Part shown: positions 1 through 13,895 of the stretch, in pieces
Layout: each line of letters begins with the position of its first letter
How positions within the stretch are numbered: position 1 is the first letter of the stretch
NCBI GenBank assembly: GCA_951804945.1
Contig: OX638157.1
Location: 40,362,001 to 40,426,000, forward strand
Source of the DNA: Podarcis cretensis
Lineage: Eukaryota
DNA length: 64,000 nucleotides
Direction: 5' to 3'
The notes under the pieces: generated by a model
What the model was told of the DNA's origin: nothing
Databases searched by the model: none
Seen by the model: the letters and a program-made list of their open reading frames with translations, nothing else
Program-made: the position numbers and the translations under genes

Positions 1-1356
1 TGAGAGGTGTCCCATGTTTTAACAAAGCAAGGCAAATCTTGCTCTGCAATGGGGTTTTATTTGTGTTAAATCCATTTGGACTTGCTTTGTAAACATGTAA
101 GGAATTAAAATATTTGTCTTGTAACAAATGGTTGTAAGAAGGGATTGCTATAACAGGATCATCATCTCTGGATTTCAGTTCACTAGTTCACTGTTCCCAT
201 GCAGTGATCATCAGCAAAGTCAGAAATTACACTTCTGTAAGCAGAAGAGGTTTTCTACTCACTAAAGAGCACTTTTGTATCATAGACAATTTACTCTCAG
301 TCTCATTAAGTCTCCTAAAGGACAACGGAAGAGTGCACAGGAAGTAAGAATTGCAAAATCATACACTTCCAATTACCTCCTTGATTTGTTAATATCTGAA
401 GCAAGGCTCAATGATTGCAACGACCTTAGAAATCTTAGGTAACAGTAAAAAGCGTAAAATCAGAAAATTGAATTGACAGGCAAATGACAGTATAAATAGA
501 AGGCATGGGCAAGGGATTTACGTAGCTGTATTTTTGAGGAATTTTAAGAGTCACACTCCACATTCCTAACATTTTTTCCTTAACCTGTTCTTTCTACAAC
601 AGATAGAAATAGCAATACTTTGAGAAAGATACTGTATAAAACACACACACATTATAATACAGGCACCTTTTATGGCTTTTACCACAAAACATCATCATTA
701 GTCGTCTGAAAACACCTAGCCTTTCCTTTTGACAGTCCCATAGTGAAGTTGAAGTAGTCTAGATATACAAGACATCTTTCACTGATCAAGCACTGGGCCA
801 GGAAGATAAACTCTCCTTGGTTAGAACCAGCAGCCCTGTAAAAAAATAGCCCCCACCCCCTTGACAGGAAGGAATTCATCCTCGAGAAAGAGATTTTCCA
901 TATCCCCACTACTCCATAAATTACATAGCTACTGAATGATGTACACATTTGTGTAGAAGACCTGGTGCCAGTAATCTTGACTTCATCTCAAGGTCTTCTC
1001 TGCACAAGAGATTTAAAATGATCTAACCTTGAAAATATAAATAATGTTCCCAATGCTGCAATATAATTGCATTATTTGGAGGTAATTTCCCCCCATAAGG
1101 GGAAACTTCCTCTCACAACATCTTCACCTTGGCTATATTTAGATGTGCATGTCAATCATTTAGTGTGCATTTTATTGTCAGCTTACTCTATCTAGAAAAC
1201 ACTTCTCCCAACTTAGACGGCAGAATAACAGTTAATAGGCTAACTGAAAGGTCAGGCATAAGAAATTGTATACTACTGTAGAGTGCTAGTTTCTCTAGAA
1301 TGCAATAGACATCGCAAAACAAATTGGCAATCTGAAGAGCAAATAAAAGGTCTTAC

Positions 1357-1490
1357 CAAACAGTTGTGTCAGGTTGATCCAATGAATATTGCCTATAGTC
1401 CAGCTGTGCAAACAGAGGAAAAAGCACCTGCACTCCTCCAATTGAATGCATTGCACTTTGGATTGAATGGGTTATGACTGCTTTTACATC
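1357..1490 (-). CDS. LRBA: LRBA coding exon 10 ([44 protein letters not shown]); gene continues beyond window
   Basis: 134 nt; AACAG acceptor; TG|GTAAGA donor; next expected exon not seen in 1-1356. Confidence 0.96.
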
Positions 1491-1949
1491 CTGTTAATAC
1501 CAAGTTTGTACAAATTACAAATGGATATTGCATTTGTTTAACTACTTTGAAGCATTCAAAATGTGACCTGAATGCTTCAATAGGATCTCTAAAAATTAAA
1601 CGGTTACCTTGTTGAAATGACACAGAGTGTGGGGGAACTTAAAGATGTGTGACAATAAACTTCAAAAGAAAAGCAGTTAAAACAACTTCAGGAATGGAAA
1701 ATCTATCAGAAATACAAAGCACTGGGCCTGTTCAGCTTTGAGGAAGGCAGAAGAGAGAGCGTTATGACTGCACTCTACAAAACAACTACATTTGGCGACT
1801 GAGCAGGCTATAAATCTAAATAAATAAACAAAACAGATGGACCTGAGTGCTTTAAAGGACTCACAGTCAAACAGAACACAAAAGTATCCAAGGGAAAGAA
1901 AACAAAGGAAATCCACTCCTCCTTGAAGTTGAAACCAATGCTAAAATAC

Positions 1950-2147
1950 CTGCAGCATGAGGGCATGTGGTGAATGTACAAAGATGGAAGGGTTATCCTT
2001 GGGTGATGATTCTAGGCAGAGCTGTGCATCTGTAGCCCTTGGATTGTACGTAAAGGCAATACAATTAGAAAGTTTCCCGTCATACAGTAACAGTTTGTGA
2101 TGGTCAGCAAGGAAGAGGTCACTTTCTCCCTTGAATTTAAAAGTTCC
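1950..2147 (-). CDS. LRBA: LRBA coding exon 9 ([26 protein letters not shown]...[11 protein letters not shown])
   Basis: 198 nt; TTCTAG acceptor; CAG|GTATTT donor. Confidence 0.97.
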
Positions 2148-2687
2148 CTAGAATAGAAACAAAAGGTAAAGTAGGTGAGAATCCAGTTGGAAATAAAACT
2201 TCCACATGTGAAATATTTCAAGACAGCTTAACCATGGAGATCTGAGGTGCATTTTTCTAAATAAAATTCATTAATTTGTGGTCCAAGGTCATTGTAGTTC
2301 TTTTAATTTTCTACACATATGTTTTAAACAGTGTTTTCTTTTAAAGCATGAAAGATTTTGCTTTTCTTATTTTGTAACAGAAAAGAAGACTAGTATAGTG
2401 TCTTTAGACACAGTCATGAATAAAAACTTATTTGCTTATATTCATAACAGTGGTTTGGATGTAAAAAGTTATTTCTGTTTTGCAGTTTAGCTTGATAGCT
2501 CTGCAGGTGGTTTGTGCAAATGCAAAACAAGATATTTGACAACCCACACATAACTTTCATAGGAGAGTTTAAAACTTTTTAAGGAAAATGCATAACAAAC
2601 TAAAGTGTCTGTATTAGCTCTTTGCTGAAACCAGAAACACCAGAATACGGTAAGATTGTATTGAGACTATATTGAGACAATAAATAC

Positions 2688-2834
2688 CTTGTATCCAAGA
2701 CCAAGCTGATAAATAGCAAAAATCTGAGCAGCATTGAGAGCCTCACTGAAAAGATAGACAGCTGTCATCTGGCCACAAAACACTCGATTGGCATCTGCTG
2801 TTTCTGAAGAACCCAGGAAACATTTATCAAATGT
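2688..2834 (-). CDS. LRBA: LRBA coding exon 8 ([49 protein letters not shown])
   Basis: 147 nt; TTTCCTAG acceptor; AAG|GTATTT donor. Confidence 0.97.
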
Positions 2835-3214
2835 CTAGGAAAGAGAAAAAAATATTAAGGAATAATATAAATGGGATCTATATTAGTGTGGTTCTCTTTT
2901 GGAAGGTAAGAATATACATCCAAGTTTCAATATGATGTATGGCTTTGATACACATACATGAATACCAGGCACTGTGGCAGAGAAGGGATGTACCCATTCA
3001 CATCAACATCATGTAGGTTATATGAGGTGTGCATGTGAAAACCCAACTGACACAGAAGTCAAGGGGAAAGTCCCCTGTGCTCATGTGCACATCTATGATC
3101 TAATCCATTAGGGCTATAAGATATAGCCTGCAAAATTATATTTGATCATGGTTAATTCTCCATCCCTCTTCACATTTGACTATTAAGTACAATGTGATGG
3201 GTAAGTTTGATTCC

Positions 3215-3355
3215 AGCGTAGAGCATATGCTTTGTATATGAGAAGTCCAAGTTTCAATCCCTGGCATTTTTATTTAAAATTATCTCAACTTAACAGGAAA
3301 GACCTCTGCCTAAGGTTTTAAAGAGCTGCTGCCATTTGTAACAGACTATACTGAC
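3215..3355 (+). mobile_element. Old tRNA-derived SINE
   Basis: GTAGAGCATATGCTTTG...GTTTCAATCCCTGGCAT..GGAAAGACCTCTGCCT; related copy at 40730-40925. Confidence 0.6.
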
Positions 3356-4308
3356 TTTTTTATCATTTTAGACACAAAATACACTGTAGCAATTCTTAAA
3401 ATATCCAGGGCAATCTTTCATATTTCCAGGATGTAGACATTAACTTTGTGTCATGCAACCACAATTTTACCTGCTTTTGCCTGCATATTATGAAACAGCA
3501 TATCATCCCTACAACTTCAATACATATTTATGGGTGAATAAATGTGGTAATTCACTTCAGTGACTGGGACCAGACAAAAGTAAACAATGGAAGAGGTGTT
3601 TATTTAGGGGAGACAACTTAGTGCTCATATGCAAGATCACGAAGGCAGATTAAAGCACCAGGCAGATTGATGTAGTCAAAACTGGAGATATGAAGAACTG
3701 GCAGAATAGGGGTGGAGAACAGAATCTGGCCAGTGGGCAGTATTGCTAACTTCCTCCACCTTTGGAGGGCTAAGGATGACATATGAGGGTCACCAACAGT
3801 ACCAGCTCAGCCATTAGCTGGGGCAAGGCTGCCTCTTCAGGAGGCGCCCCTGTGGACACCCTGCCTTCCCTGCCACTTCCACTGGCATCAGTGCCAATTT
3901 TGGGCAAGATCTCACCAATTTCCATGCTGATTGTACTGCTTCTCCACTGGCAGTGGGGCAGGAATCAGCAGCAGCAGGGCAGAGTGGTACTTCCTGTTTT
4001 GCCTCATGCGGTGAAATGGGACACACCGCTCCCGGTGACCCACCACATTTGATATCATGTGACTAATATATGCTCACACAATTTAAAATAAAACTCTGAG
4101 GGCAAAGACACAGCCCTCAAAGTACTGATCATCTGATCGTTGGGTATTGCATTGGGCTTTGCAAGACCTGCTAATTATCCAAGTGTTGGCACTTTGCAGA
4201 ATCCCTAAGCGAGGGATTTATTTTTTTAATTCCCATTTATACATTCTACCTCAAATTAAGCATCAAAAAGAAAGAGAGGGACACCTTTTGGTGTAACAAG
4301 TTACTTAC

Positions 4309-4428
4309 GTCACTGGTATTGACAAACCATGTTATCTCTCCATAAGATGCAAGTTCCCCATTCACATAACATCTGAGTTCACTGTTCTTCCAACGGTTAT
4401 AGATATGCACTATAGTAACCATGTACCA
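4309..4428 (-). CDS. LRBA: LRBA coding exon 7 ([40 protein letters not shown])
   Basis: 120 nt; TAG acceptor; GAC|GTAAGT donor. Confidence 0.97.
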
Positions 4429-5433
4429 CTACATAAGAAATTTAGAAATGTTAAACTAAATTTAAAGAAGTTTTTTTTTTCACCTGTTGAAAATTGTGCA
4501 TTAGTTAGAAAAATATAGAGAGAATTGGCATCACACACACTTCCAAAACAAGGGAGATAAAAGAAGACACAAAGTTTGCATATGGTAATTTATATGTGTG
4601 TGTCAATTCTAAAATAATTGCTGTAATTTAATTAGAAATACATCTCACCATAATTTAGAAGGCATCAGGTGACCTAGGTTGCTGTTCAAGTCTGCAAAGC
4701 ATTGGACAATGTCACAGCCCCAATCTCTCTTTTTAAGGTTTCTTATCTTGAATCAGGTTTGGATGGTACAGTCCTCAAACAGAAGGCTGCCCTCCCCTTA
4801 CAAGGGCAGAATACTGTCCTCTGCAAAGTAGGACATATGGCCATCCTCATTAGAATAAGCAGCAAAATTGTCGCCAAAATGCTTAAAATATAATGACCAT
4901 AAACCAAACCAACACATCCAAAACTGATTCATTTTGGGGGGGCATTACTCTTATAATCTTCCCCTGAATAGTTTCACCAGTGTATCTAGCTGTGCTGTGG
5001 TAACAGCTAGTATTTACAAGGAGGTAAACCCCTTCAAACTTAAGTGCTTGCCTAACTAGAAAACTTCAGAATTAATCAACAGCTGCAAATTCCTTTCAAC
5101 TTGAATATTCTGCATAAAAAGAACACAGCAAGGTTGCCATATGAAAAAGTAAAGCACACAGAAAACCTGCACTCTAGATTATTACTTTTAAACGACATTT
5201 TTATACCACATTTAGAGACCTTTCCTTTCCTTTAACTGTAAACTAAACTCATATGCCAGAATTTTCTCTTTTCTCTCCTCAAAGCCAAATTTCAGAACAT
5301 CCAGATGACAACAAATGTTATCATAACACCACTAGAGCCAATGGCCATTAATTCCTGTAGAGCAGAGACTTAAACCTAATGTCTAATGGCATGCATTTAA
5401 TGGGCATTTGCAGGACAACACATCTGAACTCAC

Positions 5434-5560
5434 CTTTTGTGGCTTGAAATCAAATTTCACACAGTGCTGAAAGCCTTTTCCTTTTGATTTAATTGAGGTC
5501 ACAACCAAACAGCCTCCAACGAAATGAGCAGAATACCCGAGTCCTTTGCTTGTTCGAAAA
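5434..5560 (-). CDS. LRBA: LRBA coding exon 6 ([42 protein letters not shown])
   Basis: 127 nt; TTTCAG acceptor; AAG|GTGAGT donor. Confidence 0.97.
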
Positions 5561-5682
5561 CTGAAACAATTTATTTTAAAATGGTTAAATTCACCATTTA
5601 TTCACAGGTAGTTGGTGAGAGCAATCTTTAAAAGTAGACATAGATGAAACACATTTCAGAAGACATAATAATGCATACATAC

Positions 5683-5804
5683 CAATATAAGTAAGGCTTA
5701 TCCTTGTCTACATTGATATTATTTACAGGATCCATTCTTAACCAAGTATGAAAAGTAAATCCATTCTGGTAGGGCCATTTGGCTATGGGAGGTAAGGCAA
5801 TAGC
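5683..5804 (-). CDS. LRBA: LRBA coding exon 5 ([40 protein letters not shown]), start of ConA-like lectin region
   Basis: 122 nt; TTCTAG acceptor; TG|GTATGT donor. Confidence 0.97.
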
Positions 5805-7550
5805 CTAGAACAAAAACAGGTTTATATAAAGCAGTGAGGTACTTCAGAGCAAGTCATTTGATTTGTACAATCAGAAAGCATGCAAAGGAAAAGTGTATAC
5901 AATTTTAGATGTGACGGTATTGGTACCAAAGTTTGCCTCTTCACATTTAAATCATAGTAAGACAAAAATATATTTCGGCTCTTCCACATGGAAAAAAAAA
6001 TCTTTAAAATAGTCACAATTATTACATATGATACCCAATCCTAGAACTAGAAGTCCCCCTTTGTCCCAAATGATGGCAACACTTGCTGCAAATAGAAGTG
6101 CTTTTTTATTTTAGCCTGAAAGATAGCTCAGACATGAAGGTATTTGCCTTTGTTAAGGGGGAAGCTGCAAGGACAAATCTTGGAATCAAAAAATAGTTTT
6201 CTGAAAGATTTCTGTAACTCTGTGGTTTAAAGATGCTGACAACATTATCGATACAAATGAACACAAACATCAAAGAACCTGAATATCAGCAGACTTTGCA
6301 TTACATTGCTAAACTCTGTCGCTATTCCTGCCCAAACACAATACCATAAATCTTCTAGAGAGGATATATCAGTAACCCACTCACATGTCTGAGGAAAACA
6401 TTCCTTGAAGTACATGAGGGCAAAACATTTTAACCTAAACACTATTCCTTAATATATTTCATCCTTAGTAAGATCAGTTTGTATGTTTTATTTATACACT
6501 TATCAAAAATTAGAAATATTTGTATGTTGCAGTTCAATATATATTACAATGCTTTTATATTGTTATTCCTTTATTTCAATGTGATCCATGAAGTCAGTCC
6601 ATAAGGATAAAAATAACTATTGTACAATTTTTATTTTTACTTTTTAATAAGTTTTTTTGTTATGATTTAAAAAGCCATGAAGTAATTAAGGGAGCAGCAC
6701 AAAACACAGCATGGTTCTGGAATTCATTAACATTTGACCTCCAGACTACCATATTCCAGGCCTTTTGAAAGGCACTGAAGATCTACCTGTTATCAAATCG
6801 TGGCAGGAGTGAAGAACCACCTTAGCAACTTGGCAAACTATCTAAACAAGCCACTTACTCTAATAAGTGTAAGATGCACCCTAGTGCAAAGCGTGCTCTT
6901 TTTAAGAACACCTTTAAAAGGCAGCTTCCCTAGGAATTTGGCCAGGAAAATATTGCTCATCAAAGCAGAGTTATCTTGGTCAAGTTATCAAGAAGCACAA
7001 AGAAACAGCAAAGGCAACACACACACACACAAACACCCTCCGGTACAGTACAGTACAGTAAAATAATCTCATTCTGAAAATATTTTTAAAAGCTACAACA
7101 ATGGTTGCAATATTCCCATCAAAGTGTTTTCAAAGCATTGCTTACTGAGACTTGAAATGAGGTTCATTTAATTAGGCAAACCACCCATGAGGTTCTTATA
7201 AGCCATTACATTTAAAACACTTCAATACAATAAACTGAGTTTTCATCAGTTAATGGACAGCAGCCTTTATAGTAGGATGGTATTAGCAAACCACTATCAT
7301 AGAGAAACAAATACTTGAGCAATAAAATGTTTATCAAGAACATTAAAAATTTAACATTCATGTGCATGTGTGTATGTTCAAGTTTCTAAAACCTGGGAGT
7401 GGAAGGAGGGCAGATTTGTGTTATTTTTACTGCCTTGTATTTGAGTGTGCTTAGAACTAAAGGAGCCTAATGAAAGCATGTAGGAAAAACAACCAAAACA
7501 CATAAATTAAAGCAAAAAAGAATAGAAACATAGGGGAAATAACTACTTAC

Positions 7551-7646
7551 TGCAGCACTTTTTCCTGGAAAGTTGAAGAAGGCATCAGGACCATACTTCT
7601 GAGGCATGTGCTTTAACACAGACAACAGCTTTCCAGCATGTGGTGG
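7551..7646 (-). CDS. LRBA: LRBA coding exon 4 (PPHAGKLLSVLKHMPQKYGPDAFFNFPGKSAA)
   Basis: 96 nt; TAG acceptor; GCA|GTAAGT donor. Confidence 0.97.
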
Positions 7647-8255
7647 CTATTTAAAGAACGATTTCTCATGTATTTAGTATTTGAATACAAAATTCAGCAA
7701 AACGATTGAACATTAACTATGAACTTTAGACAACACTTCTGCTGACTTGCACATTACAATAATGCTATCATACACAAATTATCTCATAAATCCTATTTGC
7801 CTTGGATATCTAGAACCATCATTCTGAGTGGATGGTATTGGTTGCAAGTTGAGTTCTTACAATGCAGAATATGAGACTTATGCCCACCCCTCTGCCATCC
7901 AGTGCCAAGGTAGTGAACTAACCACATGATAGGGCACCATACCATGTCATACAAATGTTGCCTAAATAACATGTCTGTTAAGGGTATGGGCCCTTAAGAG
8001 CTGTCATTTCAGGGATTTTGGTGCTTGAGTGAACATGTTAAACTGCATGTTCAATTAACAACAACAACAACAACAAAATTCCAAACAAGTACAGGTCACA
8101 CAACCACATGCTGGCCTGGTCACAGCCTTCCATCTAAGTTCAAATCTTTTCATTAACTTTATGTATGAAATCAATGTATGAAGTCAATGAAATCAGTTTC
8201 AGTGAAATAAACATCTTTTCTCTCTTTTTTGGCTAATGCGGAGTGTTCTACTTAC

Positions 8256-8356
8256 CCATTTTCCTTTGTCTCCCTGAAGTTTGCTGAAGTACAGCTTTAA
8301 CTCCCGAACTGTCACACTGTAGCTTGCTAATACTCCCAGCATATCAACTAGGAGAT
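8256..8356 (-). CDS. LRBA: LRBA coding exon 3 ([34 protein letters not shown])
   Basis: 101 nt; TTTTCTTAG acceptor; TGG|GTAAGT donor. Confidence 0.97.
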
Positions 8357-8496
8357 CTAAGAAAAGCAAATTATTAGATTTAGATTAATAACCAACTTTT
8401 TATTTTACCAGCAAAAAATGTTATAAAAAGGATTCTATGTCAATTAAAGACACTACCACAGTTACTTCCAGTTTTAGGCTTACTGGAAATTCATAC

Positions 8497-8728
8497 CTGC
8501 AATCATATTGTCAGCTTTATCAATCCTCTGGAGCACGTGCTCAACAAGACCCACTTCTGTGCAAATTTGGAGATTTCGTATACTTTTCTTCAAGATGGCT
8601 GTAAACATGCTCCATACCTCAGCTTGGCAAGTGACATCACATTTATCCAACAAGTCCACCATGCAAGTAATACTCTCTCCATCTTGTATAATAAAGTTCA
8701 TTTCCAGATCAAAGTGACCTCCTACAAG
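8497..8728 (-). CDS. LRBA: LRBA coding exon 2 (LVGGHFDLEMNFIIQDGES...DKADNMIA)
   Basis: 232 nt; acceptor TTGAAG with branch-like CACTAAT upstream; donor G|GTATGA; continues the frame of the previous exon. Confidence 0.97.
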
Positions 8729-10485
8729 CTTCAATTTGAAAAGAATAGACATTAGTGATTTTCTCTATCTCCAGAATTATATGTTTAAAAGATTTACAAC
8801 ATACAATAGCAGCATTCCTTCTCTGGGGATACACAGTAAGGATATGAGAAGAGACCACTAGAAACTTTAGATTGCACAATCAAATAAGTGCAGGCCGAAT
8901 TAGAAATAAGTGTTACTGGGTGGAATCCAGAATTATATGCACATAATGGGGTGGGTGGAAGCTAGCCATCCCTCATCCCTATGGCAGCATTCCCCAGGTC
9001 CTCAAGAATGCTCCACTGAGGAATAGGGGCTCTACTACATGAGGTGAGCACCCCCCACAAAAAACTGGGCATGGCACCTTCCATGAGTGAAGCTCCTGCT
9101 TGAAGAAGTTGCTTCTGCCCAGTTTTCAAGAATCTCCCTATTACATGCACTTAGTTTTAAATCCAACTCATTGAGTCCAATGGGTCTTATATTTGCATGT
9201 GTTTCCATCGTTTTACGTTAACAATCTAGCAACAGGCATCAGTGTATATGATCAATGTATATAGGAAGCCAATGTCGGAGTAAGAAATATGATCCCAAAT
9301 ACTGTTTTCCAAGGAGCAATTTTAGAAACATTCCTTTTGACACATGACCAGTAGGTTACCACAGCTGTCCACAGGAATTTTGAGGGTGAGAGGGTGAATG
9401 CTACAAACAAACAAACCTAACTGGCATCAGATAATAGGACTATCATTTGTGGGTAGACCTGGCTCTGTTGAACTTGTATTCTGAGTATATTCTTCCATTT
9501 GTTCTCTATGGGTAGACTGCTGTCCATCTGCCTAGACAAATGCCTGGTGCACCTGTAATGTCTTTTCTCTCACCACTGAAACTAGGTTAAAAACACTGTA
9601 CTATACCTTCAGAGTTAGATATAATAATGATGGACTTTATGTGCATTGGCATGAACAGATTACTTTTTAAAATGTTTAGGAATTCAGAATAGTACCACAT
9701 TTTTGTATGAAATGAGGCCTTAGTTAGAAAGATCACAAGTTCCTGGTTTTGTTGCTGTATATTGTGGTTGAGCTGGCAGGTGAATCCCCAATTGCTACTC
9801 CAAACTTAAGTTCCATTGAATTGGATAGGAAAGTGATCATTGCACTTATTTTGAGGGGACTAACGTGACTAAGGCTGCAATCCTATGCGCGCTTATCTGT
9901 GTGGGACTCTACTGACAAGTAAACATACAACAATCCTATACACATTGCTCTTCTGCTCTCACTGCCCCATTGTACTGACTCCAGTCTACTGCTGCCCGTG
10001 TATTTATACTCCCGGCTTGCTTAGCTATGTTCTTTTACATAGCACTTGGTGGTTTCTTCAACAGATCATCAAGAGTAGTGCCTCATAATACCCAGCCTGC
10101 AATGTCACCTGCCAGCTCGTCTGATGACAGGGTTTATCACACAAGAGCTGTATTTAATTCAGTGAATGACACCCCTTGGGTATATGAGGGTTAGCAGCAG
10201 AGATCTATTACTAAACAGAAACTAATCAGATAGGATTTTTTCATTAAAAATATATTCATTCAGATATAAGATTTGCCAAAACAGTCACTCTTCCTGGCTT
10301 TTCCCTGAATCCCAGCAGCTCCCACTCATTACTCAAGATCTGAAGTGTTAGAGATATACATGTTGGGAAGCACATTTTTCAGCATTCTTAACATAAATCA
10401 GCAACAATGTCATGCACCTCAAGATTAGAAAGCTATAGTGAGTGTATCTGAGATTCCTAAACAGAATACACGTATAATGGAAAAG

Positions 10486-10503
10486 AATGAATGAATGAAT
10501 GAA

Positions 10504-10545
<42 letters not shown>
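10486..10545. repeat. (GAAT)n(AAAT)n microsatellite
   Basis: Direct reading. Confidence 0.95.
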
Positions 10546-10546
<1 letters not shown>

Positions 10547-13500
10547 CACTTTAAATATTTCTCCTCTTTCGCTCTTATTTCATTAATGAAATGAAGGAAG
10601 AATGGCACAGGTAACAACTTGTAGCAGGTGATAACTTTCTTCCGCCTCCATTAGCAGCAGTAGTGAATGTCAAAAAATGAACGGAATTGGAATGTGGCCG
10701 GCTAGACCTTTTGGCCTAGTGGTGAGAGGGTCAGTCCTAGGGGTGTGTTTGAAAGCTGCTGATAGTGAAGGTTCCTAGCAGGGATGGTCAATAGACACAC
10801 ATCGTGCAACAGCGTCCAGGCACAATTTAAAGCTATTTTTTTACCTATAAATCCTAGGAGGGTTTGCAGTAAAACTAAAGGACTACTTTCACTACCTTCC
10901 ATTGTAGTGCCCAGATCAGAGGGCAACTCCTGACTGACATATTGCTGCCATGTCACAAGTAATAACAAAGTAATGTTGGTTTTCTGGCTAGAAAACCTAC
11001 CCTTACCGTTTTATGCATGCAACAGCAACAGTCAAGTACTTGGGCTCAGTAGAAAGGCAGACTCATGCAAAGAACTGCCAACATCTTGAAAGCAAAAAAT
11101 TTAAGGAAGCCATGTATGATTTTATGCTTATGAACCAACGATGGAATTATCCAGCTTTTCTGCCAATGTCAAGCACAGTGCAAAGTTGTTAGGGAAAAAA
11201 TCCCTGGCTCACTAGCTTCTTAAAGTTCATTTCTATGAGTTAATGTATTTGGTTTTAAGTGACCATCAACTACCATGCCAACACTTTACAGGCCATACAT
11301 TCTGCTGTTAACTAAAATGACCTCACCTTCACCTCAATTCTCTACTACCCATCTTTCACTTTTGGCTACATGTACTATTGTCAGTAACTACCCATCCAAG
11401 AAGTTGACAAATTAGTTTTCCTATCTAATCTGCAAAACACAAATAATTCAGCAGCATTAGAAGTAGAACACTCCTAGGACCAGACACTAGACTTAAATCT
11501 CCCTCATTTAAGTGTTTTATGAAATTACTTTAAGAAAATATGGGAAACAGTTACATGCAATTTGTAGTGAATTTGATATACTGTTAATATGCAAAAATAT
11601 TATAGATGCACGTAAGTGCACACCTATACAGTATGTCATATTAACCCTTTCTAATGGCAATTTGAGACTGATCAACCTTCAAGACACAAATTTGTTGCCA
11701 AAGACAGGGATCGTAATCCTGGTCCGTACACTGGCTAGTTATTATCTGAGCTGCAGTAATGGCTGTGCAGAGCAAAATGTAATCTCGCGAAATGTCACAG
11801 TAAGTTATGAATATCTGAGCAGCCTAATGCACCTTACTAGCCATGAAGTGTGAGGATGTAATCTTATTACCTTTTTTATGGTTGTATTTTTTTGAATAAT
11901 GTAGCCTTTGAACTGATGTATAGTCTTTCCCTGCACTTTAGCATGATTTGGTCTCCCGTGTCATGCAGTTCATTTTTCAGAACTCCCTGATTCAATGTAT
12001 TTTAAGTCTTAGGCTCAACTTCATAAACAATCTTTATAACAACCCACAGGGTGGCATAATATTTTCGCTCTCTAGATTGTGGTATAATGTGTAAGCATAC
12101 AGCAGTGATTTTAAAGCAACACATTTGAAGCATTCAAATACATCTTCATAAGTTTTACATTTCATTTTAATATTTGCCTTGGCTATTCGTAAATTTAAAT
12201 AAGTCATAAATATATCAATACCTGCATGAATTCAAGAAGCAATGACAACCTTTTGTAGTTTACATTTGTAGATTATGGGTCTCAGCCCCAATTCCACCCC
12301 CTCCAAAATCTCTAGTATCCAGGGAGATTTCTTTACACCTAATATCATTACTGGTATATACCAAAATAATGGTTAGGCAAAATTAGGCAAGTTAAGAGCT
12401 AGAAACCAATCTAGCTCTATCTACATTATTAATTAACAGTTTATGAGTTCAAAATATCAGTCACAGGATTTTAAATTAATGACAGCTACTGTGATAATGT
12501 GACATTAATTACAAACAAAAACCTGTCTGAAAGTGAACTCCAGTCAATCTAAGACATATTTATTTGATATATTTAAGGTATGAGCTGAAGGAAGGTGCAA
12601 CTGTTCTAAGTACACTGGTCTAGAAGAAAACCCCACTGAAATAAACTATTATGAGAATTAGTGTGCTTATTCTGAAATAACAGAGTAAATAACGATGTCA
12701 TTTACATTGTTTGAAGATACCAATTTAGGTTCCTTTAGTTACCCAGACTGGGGCATGGAGACTTAAAAACAATTTGAAACTTTCTCTTTAAAAAAGCACA
12801 CAAAGTTCAATAATATACGCAGAGGCGAACAGAAACACACAACACAAGTTGTATAAAAAACACCCTACATTTTAAAACACTGCAGAGGTACTATGTTATA
12901 CACCGTAAACTTTTCCTTATTGATAATAAAGAATTTAATATACATAAATGTTTTCCAAATACAACTTTCTATATGCATAATGCACACAGTCAAATTTCAC
13001 CTTGAAACTAGAATGAAACAGCAAGTGACTGGTTGGCATTAAAAAATTATGTATTGCTACCCAGATCATAGTTATGTAAACTGCAAGACAAGACATGCCC
13101 AAGGCTCACTGGGTTTTTCACATGTCAGGTTTAAATGCTGGAAGATACAAATGTTTCAGACCATAAAAGGTGCATACACTATGATAAATACTAACATCTA
13201 TGACTGCTGGCCAATCTTAACTTTCCTAATCCAAGATACAAGGCAATCACTGCAAGCTGCAGAATGTCTAGTTAAAAGAAAGACAGAAAAGTGACAACCT
13301 AGCTGATATTAATGAAAGTTAATTTTCATACCAGCTGGCTCAGACTTAAATACAAAGTATGGTCTGGCTGCACACAAATTATTGAAGACTGCACATTGTG
13401 CTTTCTTCAACCTATTGTATTCTGATTTCTCCTCTCAGTTTTCTTTCTCCTTCCCCATCATCTTACACAGAAAGCATAGGGATAACAGAATTAGAATAAC

Positions 13501-13782
13501 AAACCATAGAAACAACCAAAATTCTCAAGATCACCAATAAACCGGGCAACTCTAGCTTTCAGACACCCTAGGGTTTGCCCAAACCATGGTTTGCCCACTT
13601 CAGATATAACAGCAGCCCTATGCATGGTTTGTTAAAATCAAAATGAAGAGGGGAAAGCAGGGTATGTGAGACTAGTGGGCAAGAGAAGGGAGCGTAAGAC
13701 ACAGATTCATTTACGTAGTGTCAAATCTTGGTTTAGTGTTAAGTCTGAAACAACACAATAGTCACATTTATTTTAAACATAT

Positions 13783-13895
13783 CTGATGAAGCCAACTCTC
13801 ATTCATAAAAGCTTATGGCATATCTTTGAAGGTACCTTAAGACTCTTCGTTGATTTTGCTGCAGCAGATTGAACATGTCTATCCTTCTGGAAATT
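13783..13895 (+). mobile_element. Degraded Penelope-like pLTR remnant with decayed hammerhead
   Basis: CTGATGAAG...CATAAAAGCTTATG...TCTTTGAAGGTACC..AAGACTCTT..TTTTGCTGCAGCAGA resembles reptile Penelope ends (recalled); the GAAA core is mutated to TAAA. Confidence 0.55.

Noticed and set aside
10121-10160. Other CTGATGA motifs (10121, 18237, 35577, 58441) as hammerheads or snoRNA C boxes
   Set aside because: No properly placed GAAA/stems or D box with terminal stem; 35577 is the RTE YADD codons.
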